NCBI GenBank assembly: GCA_964566685.1
Contig: CAZMKB010000004.1
Location: forward strand, 1 to 34,238
Length of the DNA: 34,238 nt
Origin: an uncultured Gemmatimonadota bacterium
Lineage (GTDB): Bacteria > Gemmatimonadota > CAZMKB01
Reading direction: 5' to 3'
The first letter of the stretch is position 1; each line of letters starts with the position of its first letter. Of the stretch, positions 16,981-24,877 are shown one piece after another. Made by a program: the position numbers and the translations under genes. The notes beneath the pieces are model-generated. The model did not search any database. It had not been told where the DNA came from and saw only the letters and a program-made list of their open reading frames with translations.

Positions 16981-18465
16981 TTACCACTCGGGTTCTATGA
17001 CGGTGAAGTGACGGGTGACACCGGTCTCCTCTGACCGCGAAACGTAGAGGAGAATTTCACTCTCTCCCCGGAGCCGGGACAGCCTCTCCTCCAGATCTTC
17101 TACTGAGGCAACAACCGTGCCGCGTTCGATTTCGAGAAGGACGTCACCGGCCCTGAGCGGATGGGGGCTCGCGCGTGCGGCCGGACCGTCGGGATCGACG
17201 TCCGCGATCGCCACTCCTCTCTGCTCGCTCATGCCGTGGATCTCCATCACTGCGTCCGACACGTTCTCGAATCGAATCCCGAAGGGGGACTCCGCCGGGA
17301 TCTCCGGTGAACGGGCGACCGTCTCCTCTTTGGACGGTCTCTCCATCAGATACACCGTCCGTGTCAGCCTCTCTCCGTCACGAATGATGCCGACCGTGAC
17401 CCCGTCTCCCGGCTCGTACCGGGCGATGAGCGTCTGCAGCTCATTCACTTTCGACACGTCGACCCCGTTGATGTCGACGATGACATCACCCTCTTCGATT
17501 CCCGCTTCGCGGGCCGGGCTGTCGTCCGGGACGAACCCCTCCACGACGACACCGCGCGCCTCGGGGAGGGACAGCTCCCCCGCGCGCTCCGGTGTCACGT
17601 TCCGGATGGAGACACCGAGTATCGGCCGGATGACTCTGCCGTGTTCGATGATGTCACCGGCCACCCTCCTGGCGAGACTGATCGGGATTGCGAACCCGTA
17701 CCCCTGGTAGAACCCGGTGTTGGTGGAGATCGCAGTATTGATGCCGATCACTTCTCCGTTCAGGTTGATGAGCGGTCCGCCGGAGTTCCCGGGATTGATC
17801 GCCGCATCCGTCTGGATGAAGCTCTCGATGCTGTAGCTCCCGGGAATGATGTCGATGTTCCTGCCCTTTGCACTGATGATTCCCGCCGTGACGGTGAAGG
17901 GGAGCCGCATGGGATTTCCCACGGCCAGAACCCACTCCCCGACTTGCGATCGGTCCGAATCCCCGAGCTTCGCGGTGTGGAGACCTTTCCGGTCGATCTT
18001 GATGACCGCCAGGTCGGTGGTCGGATCCCGCCCGATGACTTCGGCGGAGTGGATTTCATTCTCGTAGATCGAGACCTGGATCTCCTCGGCCTTCTCGACG
18101 ACGTGATTGTTCGTGAGGATGTAGCCGTCTTCCCTGAAGATCACTCCGCTCCCGAGGCCTTCCGTTTCGAACTGCTCCTCCTCGCGGAAACGCCTGAAAA
18201 AATCTTCGAACGGCCCGCGGAAGAGCGGGGCCTCGTCGATCGGCGGATGCTCGATCACGCGGCGGGCGCTTATGTTCACGACGAACGGCGTCACCTGTCT
18301 GGCGATTTCCACGAACGTGTTGCCGGGAGGAATCCCGGTGACGGATGGTTGCGTCGGGGTCTCCTCCTCCGTCGCCGCACGGGCGTGCGGAGTGTCCGCG
18401 AGGGGGGCCATGGTGAGAAAACAGAGGATGAGCCCGCTGATGGGGCCCATCCTCCTGCGTACCAT
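16981..18465 (-). CDS. htrA: Periplasmic serine endoprotease HtrA/DegP/DegQ family with two PDZ domains
   Basis: Catalytic triad contexts TNNHVV, DLAVIKI, GNSGGPLIN, followed by two PDZ-like regions. Start chosen at ATG 18465 (MVRRRMGPISGLILCFLTMAPLA signal), 28 nt after the dnaK stop. The track start at 18681 would overlap dnaK and encodes basic low-complexity sequence. Confidence 0.92.
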   Translation of the reverse strand: MVRRRMGPISGLILCFLTMAPLADTPHARAATEEETPTQPSVTGIPPGNTFVEIARQVTPFVVNISARRVIEHPPIDEAPLFRGPFEDFFRRFREEEQFETEGLGSGVIFREDGYILTNNHVVEKAEEIQVSIYENEIHSAEVIGRDPTTDLAVIKIDRKGLHTAKLGDSDRSQVGEWVLAVGNPMRLPFTVTAGIISAKGRNIDIIPGSYSIESFIQTDAAINPGNSGGPLINLNGEVIGINTAISTNTGFYQGYGFAIPISLARRVAGDIIEHGRVIRPILGVSIRNVTPERAGELSLPEARGVVVEGFVPDDSPAREAGIEEGDVIVDINGVDVSKVNELQTLIARYEPGDGVTVGIIRDGERLTRTVYLMERPSKEETVARSPEIPAESPFGIRFENVSDAVMEIHGMSEQRGVAIADVDPDGPAARASPHPLRAGDVLLEIERGTVVASVEDLEERLSRLRGESEILLYVSRSEETGVTRHFTVIEPEW

Positions 18466-18493
18466 GGTCGAGAGCTTCGTCCGCTCCCGGTTC

Positions 18494-20416
18494 TCACGAC
18501 TCTTTGTTTTCTTCGTCAACCACTTCGTATTCTGCATCGACGACGTCTTCTTCCTGCTTCGCCTGTCCGCCTTCCTCCCCGGCTTCCCCTGCACCTTCTG
18601 CGGACTGCGCCTGCTGCTGTTGCTGCTGGTACATCGTGCTCGCGACCTGGTGCCAGGTGTTCTGGAGGTCCTCCGTGGCACGGTTTATCTCGTTCATGTC
18701 AGCACCCTTGAGCGCGCTCCTGGTGCGCTCGATCGCAGCTTCGATCTTCGCCTTATCCTCGGCTCCGACCTTGTCTCCGAGCTCCTTCAGCTGCTTCTCC
18801 GTCTGGTAGACCATCGAGTCCGCCTTGTTCCGGGCGTCGATCTCCTGCTTCCGCTGCTGGTCCTCGGCCGCGTGGGCATCGGCATCCTTCACCATGCGAT
18901 CGATCTCGGCCTCGCTCAGACCGCTCGAAGCCTCGATCTTGATCGACTGCTCCTTGCCGGTGGCTTTGTCCTTCGCCGACACGTTGAGGATTCCGTTCGC
19001 GTCGATGTCGAATGTGACTTCGATCTGCGGAACACCACGGGGAGCCGGAGGGATTCCGGTGAGCTGGAACCGTCCGATCGTCTTGTTGCCGGCGGCCATC
19101 TCGCGCTCGCCCTGCAGCACGTGTATCTCGACGGTCGTCTGATTGTCCTCTGCCGTGCTGAAGACCTCGCTCTTCTTCGTGGGGATGGTCGTGTTCCGGT
19201 CGATGAGCTTCGTGAACACTCCTCCCAGGGTTTCGATACCGAGCGAGAGCGGCGTCACGTCGAGCAGCAGCACATCCTTGACCTCGCCGGCCAGGACCCC
19301 GCCCTGAATCGCGGCGCCTATCGCAACGACCTCGTCGGGGTTGACGCCCCTGTGCGGCTCCCTGCCGAAGAGCTCCTTGACCAGCTCCTGCACCTTCGGC
19401 ATTCTCGTCGCGCCGCCGACCAGGATGACTTCGTCGATGTCGTCCTTGGTCATGCCGGCGTCTTCGAGCGCTTTCCGGCACGGTCCCACCGTTCTCTGGA
19501 TGAGATCGTCGACCAGCTCTTCCAGCTTGGCCCTCGAAAGCGTCAGGTTCAGATGCTTGGGTCCGCTCGCGTCGGCCGTGATGAACGGAAGATTGATATC
19601 CGTTTTCGGAACGGTCGACAGCTCGCACTTCGCTTTCTCGGCCGCTTCCTTGAGCCGCTGCAGGGCCATCGGGTCCTTCTTCAGATCGATCCCCTCCTGT
19701 TTCTTGAACTCGGCCACCAGCCAGTCTATGATCCTCTGATCGAAATCATCTCCACCGAGATGAGTGTCACCGTTGGTGGCCTTGACTTCGAAGACTCCGT
19801 CACCGAGCTCGAGTATGGAGATGTCGAAGGTACCGCCACCGAGATCGAACACGGCTATCTTCTCGTCCTTCTTCTTGTCGAGTCCGTAGGCGAGCGATGC
19901 GGCAGTGGGTTCGTTGATGATCCGCAGCACCTCGAGTCCCGCTATCTTTCCCGCATCCTTCGTCGCCTGGCGCTGGCTGTCGTTGAAGTACGCCGGTACG
20001 GTAATGACCGCCTGCGTGACCTTCTGTCCGAGATAGTCCTCGGCGGTCTGTTTCATTTTCTGGAGAATCATGGCGGAAATCTCGGGAGGCGTGTGTTCCT
20101 TGCCGCCGGCCTTCACCCGCGCATCTCCGTTGGGCCCCGACACGACCTCGTAGGGGACCTTCTGTATCTCCTCGGAAACCTCTCCGTACTTCCTTCCCAC
20201 GAATCGTTTTATCGAGAAGACGGTGTTCTCCGGATTGGTGATGGCCTGCCGTTTTGCTACCTGGCCGGTCAGGCGTTCACCTTCCTTGCTGAATGCCACG
20301 ACCGACGGTGTCGTCCGACTCCCCTCGGCATTGGCTATGACGACCGGATCGCCGCCTTCCATGACAGCCACACAGGAATTGGTCGTACCCAGGTCGATTC
20401 CGATCACTTTACTCAT
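18494..20416 (-). CDS. dnaK: Molecular chaperone DnaK (Hsp70)
   Basis: [18 protein letters not shown]..., [23 protein letters not shown]-terminal lid and [14 protein letters not shown] tail. SD GAGGTG lies 6 nt before ATG 20416. Confidence 0.98.
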   Translation of the reverse strand: MSKVIGIDLGTTNSCVAVMEGGDPVVIANAEGSRTTPSVVAFSKEGERLTGQVAKRQAITNPENTVFSIKRFVGRKYGEVSEEIQKVPYEVVSGPNGDARVKAGGKEHTPPEISAMILQKMKQTAEDYLGQKVTQAVITVPAYFNDSQRQATKDAGKIAGLEVLRIINEPTAASLAYGLDKKKDEKIAVFDLGGGTFDISILELGDGVFEVKATNGDTHLGGDDFDQRIIDWLVAEFKKQEGIDLKKDPMALQRLKEAAEKAKCELSTVPKTDINLPFITADASGPKHLNLTLSRAKLEELVDDLIQRTVGPCRKALEDAGMTKDDIDEVILVGGATRMPKVQELVKELFGREPHRGVNPDEVVAIGAAIQGGVLAGEVKDVLLLDVTPLSLGIETLGGVFTKLIDRNTTIPTKKSEVFSTAEDNQTTVEIHVLQGEREMAAGNKTIGRFQLTGIPPAPRGVPQIEVTFDIDANGILNVSAKDKATGKEQSIKIEASSGLSEAEIDRMVKDADAHAAEDQQRKQEIDARNKADSMVYQTEKQLKELGDKVGAEDKAKIEAAIERTRSALKGADMNEINRATEDLQNTWHQVASTMYQQQQQQAQSAEGAGEAGEEGGQAKQEEDVVDAEYEVVDEENKES

Positions 20417-20483
20417 GTAATCACCTCGTCATGTCTGGTATTTCATGATTTTCGTACTTCGACGCAGGATCACGTTCGAGAGG

Positions 20484-20499
20484 AGCAAGGTCTGTGCCA
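20484..20499 (-). promoter_or_regulatory. sigma54-type -24/-12 promoter candidate (TGGCAC-N5-TTGCT) facing dnaK
   Basis: The minus strand reads gTGGCACagaccTTGCTc (20499 down to 20484). The motif ends 68 nt upstream of the dnaK ATG, giving a predicted leader of ~57 nt. Confidence 0.5.
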
Positions 20500-20740
20500 C
20501 AAAAAGGCCTTGATTTTTCCTTTGCGAGAACTATAAGAGAGAGAGGGGCTTTCGGACATTCGCCGGCATCGGCTCCCCATCGCCGTGGGCGATGGGGGAA
20601 AGCGTGGTGTGTCAGACTGGCAGTATTCTCCCGGAAATGCTGTCAATGCGGCATCCTGGCCGGTCGATCCTGCGATCATGGCAGGATGATCACGTGCGAA
20701 AAACTGTGAGGCACATTTTCTGGGGTGAGAATCTGTGAAG

Positions 20741-20756
20741 TGGCATGAGAATTGCC
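20741..20756 (+). promoter_or_regulatory. sigma54-type -24/-12 motif (TGGCAT-N5-TTGCC) facing the glycan locus, embedded in a 9-bp hairpin
   Basis: TGGCAT (20741-20746), gagaa, TTGCC (20752-20756). Part of the perfect inverted repeat GAAGTGGCA-N7-TGCCACTTC (20737-20761). Confidence 0.35.
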
Positions 20757-20970
20757 ACTTCCCTTGTTCGAGGTGATCGCGATCCGCAGCCGGCTGGCGA
20801 GTGCAGTGCTTTCATCCCGGACCGTCTGGGACGTGATCGTAGGGAGGCGACGTGAAATCGCCTCTCCTGGCAAAAGCAGATGGAACCGTGGTACCGTACG
20901 CCGGATTCGCACACGGGGAGTTGGGAACAAACTCCACGGAGGCGAGGAAGGACGCGGGGGATCTTTTAAC

Positions 20971-20999
20971 TTGACAAACCCGCCGATTTCTGGTACAAT
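20971..20999 (+). promoter_or_regulatory. Near-consensus sigma70 promoter (extended -10) for the glycan locus
   Basis: TTGACA (20971-20976), 17-nt spacer ending in TGG, TACAAT (20994-20999), ~120 nt upstream of ATG 21122. Confidence 0.7.
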
Positions 21000-21121
21000 T
21001 AAACCCATTGATGCACCGGAACCCGATGATACTCTGGATGATTCATGTGAAAACACAATCGGTCTTTTACGCCGTCCCTATGCTTCCTCAGTGACCACAA
21101 GCCGCGTGGCGGGATGAGTGT

Positions 21122-22006
21122 ATGAAAAAGAGGCTCCGGGAAAAAGACAGGGTGAGCACCCTGCACACACTCCTGAAGAAGGAACGGGACGGGTGGCGTG
21201 ACTGGGTAGGGCCCGGAGAAGGTTTTCGCGACATCCAGGCACGGTATCATCAGGATCTGGTTGCACAGGAATTCGGACTGCCTCGTGAGGACGCCCTCTC
21301 CGCGATCTCCCGGCTGTCCTACCGCAGGGCGTTTTCTCTTTCGTGGAGACGCTCACTGAAGCGCCTGATGGACGTCACCGTCGCCTCCCTGCTTCTCCTG
21401 CTCTCGGCTCCGCTCTTCTTCCTCATCGCGGTACTCATCAAGATCGACTCCGGCGGGCCCGTCTTCTTCACACAGCAGCGGATCGGCCTGAACCGGCGAC
21501 GGACCGATCGGAGAGGGACGGAGAGTATCGGGAACAAGACGACCTTCATTTTCAACCGGAGAACCGGTGATCGTCGTGTTCACGACCTGAAGGGAAAGCC
21601 TTTCAAGATCTTCAAGTTCCGGACGATGAAGACGTCGAGCCCGAGGTACGACTTCTCTCCGAAAACCCACAACGACGAACGACTGACACGGTTCGGACGG
21701 TTTCTGCGGAAGGTCTCCCTCGACGAGCTGCCCCAGCTCATCAATGTGATCAAGGGAGACATGAGCCTCGTCGGTCCACGCCCCGAGATGCCCTACATCG
21801 TCGTCGGATACAACAAGGTTCACGCGATCAGACTGCAGATGAAACCGGGAGTGACCGGCATCTGGCAGCTCCGTGCATCCCGGGACAAGCCGATCCACGA
21901 GAACCTCATCTTCGATCTCCAGTACATCAGGGACTGGTCGCTCTGGCTCGATGTCAAACTGCTCTATCAGACCGTGAAGTGGATGTTTCACTGTATCAAT
22001 GTATGA
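21122..22006 (+). CDS. Polyprenyl-phosphate sugar-1-phosphate transferase (bacterial sugar transferase / WbaP-EpsL-type priming enzyme)
   Basis: Membrane hairpin KRLMDVTVASLLLLLSAPLFFLIAVLIKIDSGGPVFF, then KIFKFRTM, DERLTRFGRFLRKVSLDELPQLINVIKGDMSLVGPRP, all family signatures. Contains an unusual Arg-rich insertion. Confidence 0.9.
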   Translation: MKKRLREKDRVSTLHTLLKKERDGWRDWVGPGEGFRDIQARYHQDLVAQEFGLPREDALSAISRLSYRRAFSLSWRRSLKRLMDVTVASLLLLLSAPLFFLIAVLIKIDSGGPVFFTQQRIGLNRRRTDRRGTESIGNKTTFIFNRRTGDRRVHDLKGKPFKIFKFRTMKTSSPRYDFSPKTHNDERLTRFGRFLRKVSLDELPQLINVIKGDMSLVGPRPEMPYIVVGYNKVHAIRLQMKPGVTGIWQLRASRDKPIHENLIFDLQYIRDWSLWLDVKLLYQTVKWMFHCINV

Positions 22007-22142
22007 TTCATCCCGGTCAGGTTCCTCTGCGTACACGCACTGCACTCGCCAGCCGGTTGCCCTTCGTCTTCTCCTCTCCGACAGACAGCGGTGTGGTCCC
22101 GGGACGGGACGGTGAATTTTCCGGTTCCCTGTCGGAAGCACC

Positions 22143-22170
22143 TTGACAGAGGCTGATTAAGCAGTAAATT
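22143..22170 (+). promoter_or_regulatory. sigma70-type promoter candidate for the Wza-like gene
   Basis: TTGACA (22143-22148), 16-nt spacer, TAAATT (22165-22170), ~110 nt upstream of ATG 22284. Confidence 0.55.
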
Positions 22171-22283
22171 TTTCTTCATCTTATGGTTTCGATCGAAGGA
22201 GTTTCTGTAGCCGGGTGGATCGGGGTCGTTCTGAATGAGTGGGAGATTTTGCACCAGAAATCGCCCCTTCTGGAGGTGTCGAA

Positions 22284-23111
22284 ATGGCGAAAAATGAGAA
22301 TTTCGGTTCGACAAATATTCCTCGGAATAACCTGACATTTCGGCAATGGCCGTCCGATTTTTTACCGATGGTCGTTCTCACTCTATTCCTCGCCTGCGGC
22401 GGGGGAACAAAAAGTACCGATGTCGCGGAGCCGGGGGATCAGCACGAGCCGCTCGCCGAAGCCGACCCCTATCTCACGGACCTCGTCCTCGGCGAGGGAG
22501 ACGAGCTCATGATCAGAGTCTGGGATCAGGAGGACCTGAGCAGGCGTGTCAGGCTCGACAGAACGGGAGAATTCTACTATCCGTTCATCGGCTATATCCA
22601 GGCCGGTGGCATGAGTATCAGGGATCTCAGGCTGCTCATATACGAGGGTCTGTCCCGGTACTACGTCGATCCGCAGGTCGGCGTCGAGGTGTTCGCCCTG
22701 CGGAGCCAGAAGATATTCGTTCTCGGCGAGGTGATGCGGCCGGGTGTCTTCCTGCTCGACACCACCGACGACGTGATCGAAGCCGTCGCGAGGGCGGGCG
22801 GCTTCACCGATGATGCGCACAAGGCCTCGGTCATCCTGGTGCGCGAGAATCCGGCCGATCCGGAAAATCCCCTCCTCGAGCGGATCAACTGCGAGAGCTA
22901 CCTCGTCGGCGGCCGTGCGGGCGGCAACAGGCTGTTGCAGGGAGGGGATGTCGTCTATGTTCCGAGGAGCTTCGTCGGTGATCTCCAGTACTTCGGGGAC
23001 GCCATGTGGCGTGTGCTCAGGCCCATCGTGCTGCTCGAACGGGCCGTCATTCTCGCTCCCGCGATGGAAGACGTGTTGACCGGAGAAGACAGGGTGATCC
23101 GTATCCGGTGA
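22284..23111 (+). CDS. Outer-membrane polysaccharide export lipoprotein (Wza/GumB-like, Poly_export + SLBB)
   Basis: ATG 22284 is preceded by GGAGGTG (22272-22278). Lipobox-compatible LTLFLAC. DELMIRVWDQEDL...GEFYYPFIGYIQAGGMSIRDL...IFVLGEVMRPGVF... matches the Poly_export/SLBB pattern. The start is uncertain (ATG 22368 is an alternative). Confidence 0.82.
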   Translation: MAKNENFGSTNIPRNNLTFRQWPSDFLPMVVLTLFLACGGGTKSTDVAEPGDQHEPLAEADPYLTDLVLGEGDELMIRVWDQEDLSRRVRLDRTGEFYYPFIGYIQAGGMSIRDLRLLIYEGLSRYYVDPQVGVEVFALRSQKIFVLGEVMRPGVFLLDTTDDVIEAVARAGGFTDDAHKASVILVRENPADPENPLLERINCESYLVGGRAGGNRLLQGGDVVYVPRSFVGDLQYFGDAMWRVLRPIVLLERAVILAPAMEDVLTGEDRVIRIR

Positions 23112-23136
23112 GTTCTTGCACAGTTGCGCATGCGAG

Positions 23137-23170
23137 CCCCCTCGATTCATGAACGAGGGGGATGCTTTTT
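23137..23170 (+). terminator. Rho-independent terminator-like hairpin after the Wza-like gene
   Basis: CCCCCTCG (23137-23144), 9-nt loop, CGAGGGGG (23154-23161), followed by ATGCTTTTT (23162-23170). Begins 26 nt after the stop at 23111. Confidence 0.65.
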
Positions 23171-23187
23171 CACAGGAGTGATCTCTC

Positions 23188-24861
23188 ATGAACAAGGTGC
23201 TCGTCGTCGGTTTCGACGGAGCGACGTTCGACATCGCCGGCCCGATGCTCGAGGAAGGAAGGCTTCCCCAACTGGCGAAACTCATCGAGAACGGGAGTGC
23301 GGGAACACTGCAGTCCACGATACCACCCAACAGCTCGGTCGCCTGGTCCTCCTTCATTACCGGCATGAATCCGGGCGGACACGGCGTCTTCTATTTTCGC
23401 GAACGCGTCGACGGAAGCTACTACAGGCCGTTCATCTCCTACGATTCCATCCAGGCGCCGAGCATCTGGCGGATTCTGAGCGATCAGGGGAAGCGTGTCG
23501 GCGTCGTGAATGTTCCTCTCACCTACCCGCCGGAACAGGTAAACGGTGTCCTGGTCGGGGGGCTGCTCACACCGGGTGTCGAGAGCCTCTTCACTCATCC
23601 TCCCGGCCTGCATCTCGAGCTCATTCGCGCTCTCGGCGACTATCCTCTCGACAGCGAAGCCGAGAAGATCTTCTGGCAGGGAGACGAGCGGAGAGCCTTT
23701 CGACACATGCTCACCACCACCAGGAAAGTCCTCGAAGCGGATCTCTACCTCATGGAGAAATACGAGTGGGATTTTTTCATGACAGTGTTCCGGTCGGTGG
23801 ACCTGGTTCAGCACAGGGCCTGGCGCTTTCGGATTCCCGAGTTCAGGGAACAGTACCCGGTCGAGTCGGCCAAGTACGGGGACGTCATCGAGATGTGTTA
23901 CGAGATACTGGACGAGTACCTGGGCAGGCTCGTCGAGAAAGCGGGGGAGGACACCACGGTCATCGTCATGTCCGATCACGGCTGCGGGCCGATCGAAGGG
24001 AAGTTCTACATCAACCGGTGGCTCATCGAAAAAGGGTATCTGAAGCTGAAGCCGGGATCCTCGCTGCTTTCCCGCCTCATGGGAGTGGGGGGGGATCAGA
24101 TCGACGATCCGAAGCAGGTCACCGGCTTCGACCGGCTGCTCCGTGCCCTCGGAAGGAGGGCGCTGACGTATCTCCACCCGGCGCTCCTCAGGCGGTCGAT
24201 GGACCGCCTGTACACCTCCATGATCGACTGGTCGAACACCAGGGCCTTCTCCAGCTTCAGCGGCGGTGAGGAGATCGTGATCATCCTGCGCGGGCGCGAA
24301 CCCCGGGGTATCGTAGAACCCGGGGAGGAATACGAGCGCCTGCGTGACCGCCTGATCTCCGAGCTGGAGGGCGTCCGCGACACGGCCGGAAAAGTGATCG
24401 TCGAGAAGGCTTACCGGCGCGAAGAGATCTACCGGGGACCGTTCCTCGACCGTGCCCCGGACATCCAGTTCATCACCCGCGATCTCAGCATTCTTCCACG
24501 CGGTGACCTGTTCGTCGACGACATCTTCCGTGATCCCGTCCTGCACACCCCTGCTCTCCACCGGGAAAACGGGATTTTCCTCATGGGGGGTGAGGGTGTC
24601 AAAAAGGGTTTCAGCGTTGAGAACGCACGGATCGAAGACATCGCACCGACCGTCATCTACCTCTCCGGTCTGCCGGTTCCGGAGGAGATGGACGGGCGCG
24701 TCCTCGTCGACTGCTTCAACGGGGAGTTCCTGGAAAAAAATCCTCTCACAACGATGAAAACGAGGGACGGCGCAACCGCGGTCAGGGCCAGGGGAACGTA
24801 TTCGGCCGAAGAAGAGGAGGAGATTCGAAAGACCCTCCAGGGCCTCGGCTACCTGAGCTGA
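23188..24861 (+). CDS. Alkaline-phosphatase-superfamily protein (type I phosphodiesterase / nucleotide pyrophosphatase family)
   Basis: SD AGGAG (23174-23178). N-terminal VLVVGFDGATFD metal-ligand strand, STIPPNSSVAWSSFITGMNPGGHG nucleophile/loop pattern, VIVMSDHG metal-binding motif. Confidence 0.8.
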   Translation: MNKVLVVGFDGATFDIAGPMLEEGRLPQLAKLIENGSAGTLQSTIPPNSSVAWSSFITGMNPGGHGVFYFRERVDGSYYRPFISYDSIQAPSIWRILSDQGKRVGVVNVPLTYPPEQVNGVLVGGLLTPGVESLFTHPPGLHLELIRALGDYPLDSEAEKIFWQGDERRAFRHMLTTTRKVLEADLYLMEKYEWDFFMTVFRSVDLVQHRAWRFRIPEFREQYPVESAKYGDVIEMCYEILDEYLGRLVEKAGEDTTVIVMSDHGCGPIEGKFYINRWLIEKGYLKLKPGSSLLSRLMGVGGDQIDDPKQVTGFDRLLRALGRRALTYLHPALLRRSMDRLYTSMIDWSNTRAFSSFSGGEEIVIILRGREPRGIVEPGEEYERLRDRLISELEGVRDTAGKVIVEKAYRREEIYRGPFLDRAPDIQFITRDLSILPRGDLFVDDIFRDPVLHTPALHRENGIFLMGGEGVKKGFSVENARIEDIAPTVIYLSGLPVPEEMDGRVLVDCFNGEFLEKNPLTTMKTRDGATAVRARGTYSAEEEEEIRKTLQGLGYLS

Positions 24862-24877
24862 TCAGGCCGCCACCAGC

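Noticed and set aside
18272-20536. A 754-aa ORF antisense to dnaK and the htrA 5' end, the longest non-annotated ORF in the window.
   Set aside because: Long open antisense frames opposite hsp70/dnaK are a known codon-bias artefact in GC-rich genomes. The sequence is Leu/Arg/Asp-rich without recognisable domains, has no SD, and starts inside htrA.
20417-20760. CIRCE (HrcA), HAIR (HspR) or a sigma32 promoter upstream of dnaK, and a sigma70-like TTGACA at ~20645 (minus strand).
   Set aside because: No TTAGCACTC-N9-GAGTGCTAA or CTTGAGT-N7-ACTCAAG was seen. The CCCCATCG string in the 20575-20597 palindrome has only a poor -35 partner (CTGACA, 12-nt spacer). The TTGACA at ~20645 has a short 14-15-nt spacer to a weak -10 (TACTGC). 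These stay as alternative explanations but are not called as features.
22240-22253. A sigma54-like string TGGGAGattTTGCA just upstream of the Wza-like gene.
   Set aside because: The GG-to-GC spacing is 2-3 nt too short relative to TGGCAC-N5-TTGC, and the -24 element is degenerate.
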